Assembly (NCBI GenBank): GCA_963841435.1
Contig: CAWJCS010000002.1
Coordinates: 192,001-256,000 of the forward strand
Origin: an uncultured delta proteobacterium
GTDB lineage: Bacteria; Myxococcota_A; Polyangia; Polyangiales; Polyangiaceae
DNA: 64,000 nucleotides
Reading direction: 5' to 3'
In this document: positions 58,288 to 64,000 of the stretch, in pieces
Position numbering within the stretch: the stretch's first letter is position 1
How the letters are laid out: each line of letters opens with the position of its first letter
The notes under the pieces: model-generated
Database searches by the model: none
Seen by the model: only the letters and a program-made list of their open reading frames with translations
What the model was told of the DNA's origin: nothing
Position numbers and translations under genes: made by a program

Positions 58288-59721
58288 ATGAGAGTGTTGG
58301 TGGCACTCGGAGCGGTGGTCGCCCTGTTGGCGGGTTGCGGCGAGAGCAAGCGGAGCGATGCCGGGACCGGTGGCACCGCGGCAACGGCGGCGAGCGGTGG
58401 CGCTGCCGGCTCGGGAGCGAGCGGTGGCGTCGCGGCAGGTGGCGCGGGTGGCGGGTCGGCAACGAGCGGCGGTGGAAGCGCCGGCGAGGGCGGCGGAACG
58501 AGCGGCGGTGGTGGCGGCGGCGCGAGGAGCGGCAGCGGCGGCAGCTCGGGCTCGGCGGGCACGGCGAGCGGCAGTGGCGGTGAGGGCGGCGGGGCGGGCA
58601 CATCGACCGACGGCGGGCGCTGGGTCTGGCAGAGCGACACCGCGACCCCGAACGATCTGAGTTGCGTCTGGGTCGTCGCCGCGGACGATGTCTGGGCGGT
58701 TGGCGGCAACGGAGCCATCGTCCACTTCGACGGCAGCGGGTGGTCAACGGTTCCGAGCAACACGAAGAATCACCTGTCGGGGATCTGGGGCACGAGCGCG
58801 GACGATATCTGGGCCGTGGGGGGCGGCGTCGGCGGCGAGCCGAATCTGGTTCACTGGGACGGAGCCGCTTGGTCGGTCGTCAACGCCGGGACCACCACGA
58901 ACCTGTACGCGGTCTGGGGCAGCGGTCCCGACGATGTCTTCGCCGTGGGAGCGAGCGGCATCGCAGGTGTGATCACGCACTTCGACGGCGACACGTGGGC
59001 GGTATCGTTCGACAGCGATTTCGTCGCTTTCGGCTCAGTGTCGGGCAGCGGCGCAGGAGATGTTTGGGCGACGGGCGGCACGCTCGGCCCGCATGGCCTC
59101 GGCGTGCATGCCGCCGCGCACTTCTCGTCCGGCGGCCCCTGGCTGCCGGACCCGAGCGACACGTTCCCCGAGGCGAGCCGCGGCCTCTGGAGCTTCGCCG
59201 AGGACGATGTGTGGTCGCTCGGTGACGGTGAAGCACTGCACTGGGACGGCACGGCCTGGAGCCGGAGTCCGTCGGTTCTGCTCGCGGGTATGGTCGATAT
59301 CTGGGGGAGCGACCGCGGAGAGCTCACGGCCGTCGGCCAGAACGCGACCGTCGTCGAGGGCACGTCGAGTCTTTGGGACCAGGCGCGAAGCGGCGGGGCG
59401 GCGCTTGCCTCGGTTGGCGGGATGAGCCAGGCGGTCCGGTTTGCGGTGGGCGATCGCGGCACCATCCTCCGCTTCGAGCCTGACACGACGGACGTCGCCG
59501 ACTGCGCGGCGATCGGTGGCGAGTGCGTCTCGGCCGGCACGTGCGCCGGTCACCTGAGCGACTACGCCTGCGGCGGCTCCGACGACTGCTGCGTCAGCTC
59601 GAACGCCTGCGGCGCCATGCCGCCTTGTTGCGGGCCAACCGACGCCGAGGTGCCCGCGATCTGCCACGACGGGCAGCCGTATTGCCCAACGGGCTCGTCG
59701 TCCTGTCCCATGCCGCCGTAA
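58288..59721 (+). CDS. Lipoprotein with Gly linker, WG-repeat beta-propeller and Cys-rich tail
   Basis: Lipobox LAGC; repeats of L..VWG....D.WAVG..G...H(F/W)DG..W. Confidence 0.85.
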   Translation: MRVLVALGAVVALLAGCGESKRSDAGTGGTAATAASGGAAGSGASGGVAAGGAGGGSATSGGGSAGEGGGTSGGGGGGARSGSGGSSGSAGTASGSGGEGGGAGTSTDGGRWVWQSDTATPNDLSCVWVVAADDVWAVGGNGAIVHFDGSGWSTVPSNTKNHLSGIWGTSADDIWAVGGGVGGEPNLVHWDGAAWSVVNAGTTTNLYAVWGSGPDDVFAVGASGIAGVITHFDGDTWAVSFDSDFVAFGSVSGSGAGDVWATGGTLGPHGLGVHAAAHFSSGGPWLPDPSDTFPEASRGLWSFAEDDVWSLGDGEALHWDGTAWSRSPSVLLAGMVDIWGSDRGELTAVGQNATVVEGTSSLWDQARSGGAALASVGGMSQAVRFAVGDRGTILRFEPDTTDVADCAAIGGECVSAGTCAGHLSDYACGGSDDCCVSSNACGAMPPCCGPTDAEVPAICHDGQPYCPTGSSSCPMPP

Positions 59722-59830
59722 CCCGGTTGATGCCGCACGTTTCCGGCCCCTCCGTGGAACGGCGCGCCTCGAAGGCATTCTGGCGAAGCCCAGCGGTCGC
59801 CTCGAACTCCCCTCCCGCTTCCGTGCCCCG

Positions 59831-60241
59831 CTAGGGATGCTCTCGTTGGTGGAGCTCGATCACGTTTCCGTCCGGGTCGCGCACGAAGATGCCCTGAGCT
59901 TGCGGGCCGAAGCGCACGGGGCCGCCGCTCAAGGCAATGCCTTCGGCTTCCAGCCGCGCCTGGGCTGCGAGGATGTCCGGGCAGAGCAGGGCAATGTGCG
60001 TGATGCCGGCGTGCTTGTCCGGAACGTCCATCAACACGTTGGGCTCGCGCTCGCTCGGCGCGTTGATGACGAGGTTGATCTCGACGCCCGACGGATGGTC
60101 GAGGATGGCGACCGGCTCGGGCCCGATCGGGCCTAGCGTCTTCGTGAAGCCGAGGAGCGCGTAGAAGCGCACGGATCGCTCGAGGTCGTGCACGCGGATG
60201 CCGATGTGAGCGAGCCCCGCGAGTGGGATCGGCTGGATCAT
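59831..60241 (-). CDS. VOC/glyoxalase family protein
   Basis: LAHIGIRVHDLERSVRFY.LLGF, ITHIAL and FVRDPDGNVIEL. Confidence 0.92.
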   Translation of the reverse strand: MIQPIPLAGLAHIGIRVHDLERSVRFYALLGFTKTLGPIGPEPVAILDHPSGVEINLVINAPSEREPNVLMDVPDKHAGITHIALLCPDILAAQARLEAEGIALSGGPVRFGPQAQGIFVRDPDGNVIELHQREHP

Positions 60242-60270
60242 GCGCGAGAGTATAGGGGACGGCTGTTCGT

Positions 60271-60982
60271 CTACGGGGCGTCTTCGACGCGCGGAGCGCG
60301 GAACGAGCCTTTCGTCACGGGAACCGTGACCTCGGGGTCGCCGGGGATCGGCGTCAGGAGCCCGCTGAACGTGCCCTCCATGACGTCCCCCACGGTGACT
60401 GCTGCTTTGTCGATGGTGAGGGAGCACTCGTGCTCGGGCCCTGCAAGGGGATTGCTCATGAGGTAAGTCACCGGGTCCACGTCCGTCCTAGTCAACGTGA
60501 TGGTGGCCGTGCCGCACGTTTGGGCGCCCTCGCCCTCTCCGACGAGGAGCGCCCACTCGAAGGTCTCCGAGTCGGCGTTGATACCGAGGCCGCCCGGCAG
60601 CAGACCAGCGAACCATCTCGCTCGAACGTCGCCCTCCGCGCGGAAGAGCTCGCCGTCCACGAGCGCTTCCACGAAGAAGCCACGGTCCGTTCCGCCGTCG
60701 CCCGACGTTCCGGTGCCCGCGCTGCCCCCGCCTGCCTGCGCCCCCGCGCCCCCCGTCTCGAGGCCGCCCGAGCCCGCGCTTTGGCCGGCAACACCCGCCG
60801 CGCTGGCGCCCGCGCCGCCAATGCCCGCCACGCCGCCCGCGCCGAGACGTCCCGGACGTGCCATCGGCGTGCCCGCTCTCGCCGCAACCGAGAGTGGCGA
60901 ACACGCCGAGCGAGGCGAGCACCGTGCGGCGGCTTTTCCCCGAGCGCCTGCTCACGGCACGGCTCACTCCCGTTCGGCCCAT
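60271..60982 (-). pseudogene. Gly-linker lipoprotein, frameshifted near 60845 (probable sequencing error)
   Basis: Signal and lipobox VLASLGVFATLGC in ORF 60488..60982; linker and beta domain (MEGTFSGLL...VTKGSFRA) in ORF 60271..60864. Confidence 0.7.
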
Positions 60983-61168
60983 CGAAGCTTTAGTTTAGCA
61001 TTGCGCGCCAGGTCCGGTGGGCGCCCGGACACTCCCGCGTGCGCTGCTGGGCTGGAGCGAACGTCGCAGAACGCGACCTCCAGGCAAACGTGCCCCGCTG
61101 GGAGCGTGGGAAACGGCTGCCTTTTCGACGGCACGCCGTTTGCTCACATAGGGGCCTGGAGGCAACCG

Positions 61169-61639
61169 ATGGATACCCTGGACGACATCGATCTAATCGA
61201 AGACCCACCGCCGAACGCGCCACGAGCGCTTCGTGAGCTCGGCGCGCTCTACAGTCTAGAGCTCGGCAACGTGCAGGCGTACGGCAGGGCACTGTGCTCC
61301 TCCGTCGTCGGCGCCTACGGAGACACGCTCACGACACTGCAGAGAGCGCACGAAGAGCGTGCGGTCCAGCTCGGCGACCAGATCACCGAGCTCGGAGGTA
61401 CGCGCCCGGACTCCCTGAGAATCACTGATTCACTGCACGTGCTGTTCGCGGACGCCGCTGCGTCCTTGAGCTCGACGAGCGCGCTCGCCGCGCTCGAGCG
61501 GTGCGAGGACCACGGTGTCGCGGCATACGAGAAGGCGATGCGAAAGCTCCTCGGCGACCCGCACCGCGTCGTGGCAGAGCTCTACCCGCGCCAACAGGAC
61601 GCGCACCAGGTGATCCGCACGCTCAAGCAGGCGAGCTAG
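61169..61639 (+). CDS. DUF2383/PA2169-like ferritin-like four-helix bundle
   Basis: GGAGG RBS; ELGNVQAY..AL, AHEERA..L...I..LGG and LERCEDHGVAAYEKAM. Confidence 0.75.
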   Translation: MDTLDDIDLIEDPPPNAPRALRELGALYSLELGNVQAYGRALCSSVVGAYGDTLTTLQRAHEERAVQLGDQITELGGTRPDSLRITDSLHVLFADAAASLSSTSALAALERCEDHGVAAYEKAMRKLLGDPHRVVAELYPRQQDAHQVIRTLKQAS

Positions 61640-61774
61640 TGCACCGCCACTCCGAACGTCGCTCTCGGTTTGCGCTGCACTGGCCCGCGCTCGGTCACGG
61701 CCTCCCCGCAAGCTCGCCGCGACGCCCCTCGAGCTGCCCGCGGCCGACGTTCGCCGTGCGGGCAGCTCGGGCGG

Positions 61775-62560
61775 CTACGGCTGGCACTCGATGCTGTACG
61801 TGTGCGTGTGGCCGTTCGTCTGCGAGCTCGTCTTGTTCATCTGCAGCGCCCCGCCGTTTCGCAGCGTCGTGAGCTGGTTCGCCGTGAACGTCAGCGTGTG
61901 CGTGTGCGCATTGTTTCCGTCCGACGGCATCGTGAAGGTGAGCGGCGCGCCGGTGTTGATCATGTTGAGCAGGGTCGTGCGGTTCGCACCGGCCACGGGC
62001 AGGTGATCGTGATTCTGCGCGGCCGTCGTCGAGACCTGCGTCAACGAGAGGTCAGCGCTGATGCACGCCGCCGCGGGAGCGCCGGCTTGGCCGCCTTCGC
62101 TCGGGACGCCGCCCTCGGCTGCCGTGCCGCCACCGCCGCCACTGCCGCCGCCCGTCCCGCCTGCGGCCACCATGCCGCCTTCGCCGCCCATGGCGACGCC
62201 GGCTTCGCCGCCTTCGCCACCCATGCCGCCTTCGACCGTGGTGCCACCGCCGCCCGCGGTGCCGCCCGCGCTGGTTCCGGCGGTGCCTCCGGTCGTCGTT
62301 CCCGCGTTCCCGGCCAAGCCCGCCGTTCCGCCCGTGCCAGCCGAAGTGCCGGCCGTGCCAGCCGAAGTGCCGGCCGTGCCAGCCGAAGCGCCGGCCGTGC
62401 CAGCCGTTCCAGCCGAAGTGCCGGCCGTGCCGCCTTTGGCTCCCGAGCCCGCCTGGCCCTTGTCGTCACTGCCGCAGCCTGGAAGCCACGAGCCGGCAAC
62501 GAACAGCGTGAGAACGATCGCACCGACGCTTCTCTGACGGACCTGAGAAAAATGGGACAT
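61775..62560 (-). CDS. Lipoprotein with Gly linker and small His-rich C-terminal domain
   Basis: GGAG RBS, lipobox LPGC, (GTAGTSA)n linker, NHDH, NAHTHT and NGHTHT. Confidence 0.8.
   Translation of the reverse strand: MSHFSQVRQRSVGAIVLTLFVAGSWLPGCGSDDKGQAGSGAKGGTAGTSAGTAGTAGASAGTAGTSAGTAGTSAGTGGTAGLAGNAGTTTGGTAGTSAGGTAGGGGTTVEGGMGGEGGEAGVAMGGEGGMVAAGGTGGGSGGGGGTAAEGGVPSEGGQAGAPAAACISADLSLTQVSTTAAQNHDHLPVAGANRTTLLNMINTGAPLTFTMPSDGNNAHTHTLTFTANQLTTLRNGGALQMNKTSSQTNGHTHTYSIECQP
62333..62431 (-). repeat. About 21-bp imperfect tandem repeat encoding (GTAGTSA)n
   Basis: CGTGCCAGCCGAAGTGCCGGC repeated on the + strand. Confidence 0.8.
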
Positions 62561-62957
62561 GGGATCTCTACTCCTCCCCCGCGAGGGGCCCGGACGCTAC
62601 CACAGCTCTTTCCGCGCCTGTGCATCCAAACTCCATGGCGCCGGGGGGAGTTCGTCGGATCGAGTCGCGGGGTGAAGCCCGCATCACACGCGGAGTGTGT
62701 GTGTCCGGAACGCCACGACGCCGTCCGTCGTTTCCGATCGGGCCGCACCTTTGCGCTCGTCCCGCACCGGACGAGGAAAAATCTGATCTTCGGCCTCCGC
62801 GTCATGTCACTGGTGCGCGCCGTAGGGCACACCTCTCTCGGCATCGCACGCGCGGTGCGTCCCTCGCGATGGGCCAAAATGATCCATCGGCACGTGCCCG
62901 CGGGCCCGTTCGCTCGGCACGCCGCGCGCTCCACGGGATCCCGAGGGGGCCCGCCTG

Positions 62958-64000
62958 TCAGTTGCACGCTGCCGTGTCGTCGTTGCGCGTGCAGGGTGCG
63001 CACGCGCCGAGCCGAGCGTCGATGGCGTCGAGCTCACACTGAGGCAGCTTCGGGTTGTCGGCCACCGTCATGTGGTCGACGTCGGTCAAGGAGGAGAGCA
63101 TGCCGATCGAGGTGAGCTCGTCATTGGCCGTGATGGTGAGTGCAGAAACCACCTTCAGGGCTTCTAGGTTCACCGTTTTCATCACCGCCTGCCCCACGAT
63201 CAACATGTCCATCTGGCAGCGCGACAGCGCCGGAAAGTTGACCGACGCAACCGAGAGGTTCCCGGTGATTCCCGCCTGACCGAGAATGGAAACGAGACCG
63301 GGCAGCGTGATCGAGGCCAGCGCGTCGTTGCCGGAGATCAGGAAATTGTTGCTGAGCTCCTGTAGATTCTCGAGCCCTGCCAGGCTGGTCAGCCCTGGAT
63401 TCGAGGCGAGCGTCAGACCCGTGCGGCCCGTCATGCTGCCGAGCCCTTCGAGGCTCTCGAGGCTCTCGTTGTTCGTGATGAAGAGGCCACCCGTTCCGAA
63501 CTCCGCATTGCCGAGCTCGGCGAAGTTTCGGAGCGAGTTGCACTCGGTCACGTCGATGTCGCCTTCGAGCCGCGTGAGAGCTTCGAGGCCTGCCAGGGAC
63601 TCGAGCCCGGAGGGCCCCTTCAGGTTCAGGCCGCCGCCGAGGTAGCTCAGCGAGTCGAGGCCGGTGAAGTCATGCAGCGCCTCTGTATCGTCGGCCGTCA
63701 GCGTGCCTTCGATGATGCGGATTTTTTCGAGGCCGACGAGGCTCGTCAGGGCCGGGCCCGTCAGCAACAGGCTCCCCTTGATGACCTCGCAGTCGAGCGT
63801 GAAGAGCTCGTAAACGTCGGCTGGAGTTTGAAGCACCAGGGGAGGAAAGGAGCAGACTTTCAGGCAGCGGCTCGGCTCGACTGCGGGATAACAAGCTTCA
63901 TCTTCCGCGCACGCCGCCGGATGCACCACCCATCCCGCCGGTGGCGCCAGCTCCGGAGCCACCGCCCGTGCCGCCTACGCGCGAGCCGCCAGCGCCCGCC
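62958..64000 (-). CDS. Receptor-L-domain/leucine-rich-repeat protein with Gly linker; 5' end outside the window, frameshift near 63915
   Basis: CEVIKGSL and repeats L.SL.GL..L..(I/L).G.L.I..N. The upstream AGAGGSRVGGTGGGSGAGATGGMGGASG linker is in another frame, and the LRR frame has a TAG just upstream of 63962. Confidence 0.8.

Overview
High-GC, gene-dense bacterial window with about 45 CDS. Gene content (AgmX/PglI-type domain, VWA lipoprotein, myxobacterial ferritin-like protein, DUF1592/DUF1552 pair, about 18 lipoproteins with long Gly/Ser/Ala/Thr linkers) points to a myxobacterium, probably Polyangiaceae-like; this is inference. I saw no rRNA, tRNA, CRISPR array, transposase or integrase. 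The most interesting part is a carbohydrate locus at about 14.8-31.8 kb. It holds GH27 and GH5 on +, and a tightly packed 7-gene minus-strand operon: monoheme cytochrome c lipoprotein, two paralogous uncharacterised outer-membrane beta-barrels, two CBM-like lipoproteins, LacI and GH2. A divergent CBM-GH44 gene and a GAF-AraC regulator follow. It reads like a polysaccharide-utilisation locus without SusC/SusD or TonB. Other points: a kinase-like/HhH/MidA methyltransferase fusion, a remote GH6-like lipoprotein, a 50-aa Cys-rich lipoprotein missed by the ORF track, and a 42-bp duplication of the aqpZ 3' end. At least seven genes carry small frameshifts that look like sequencing errors. All family assignments are motif recognition by eye; no searches were run.
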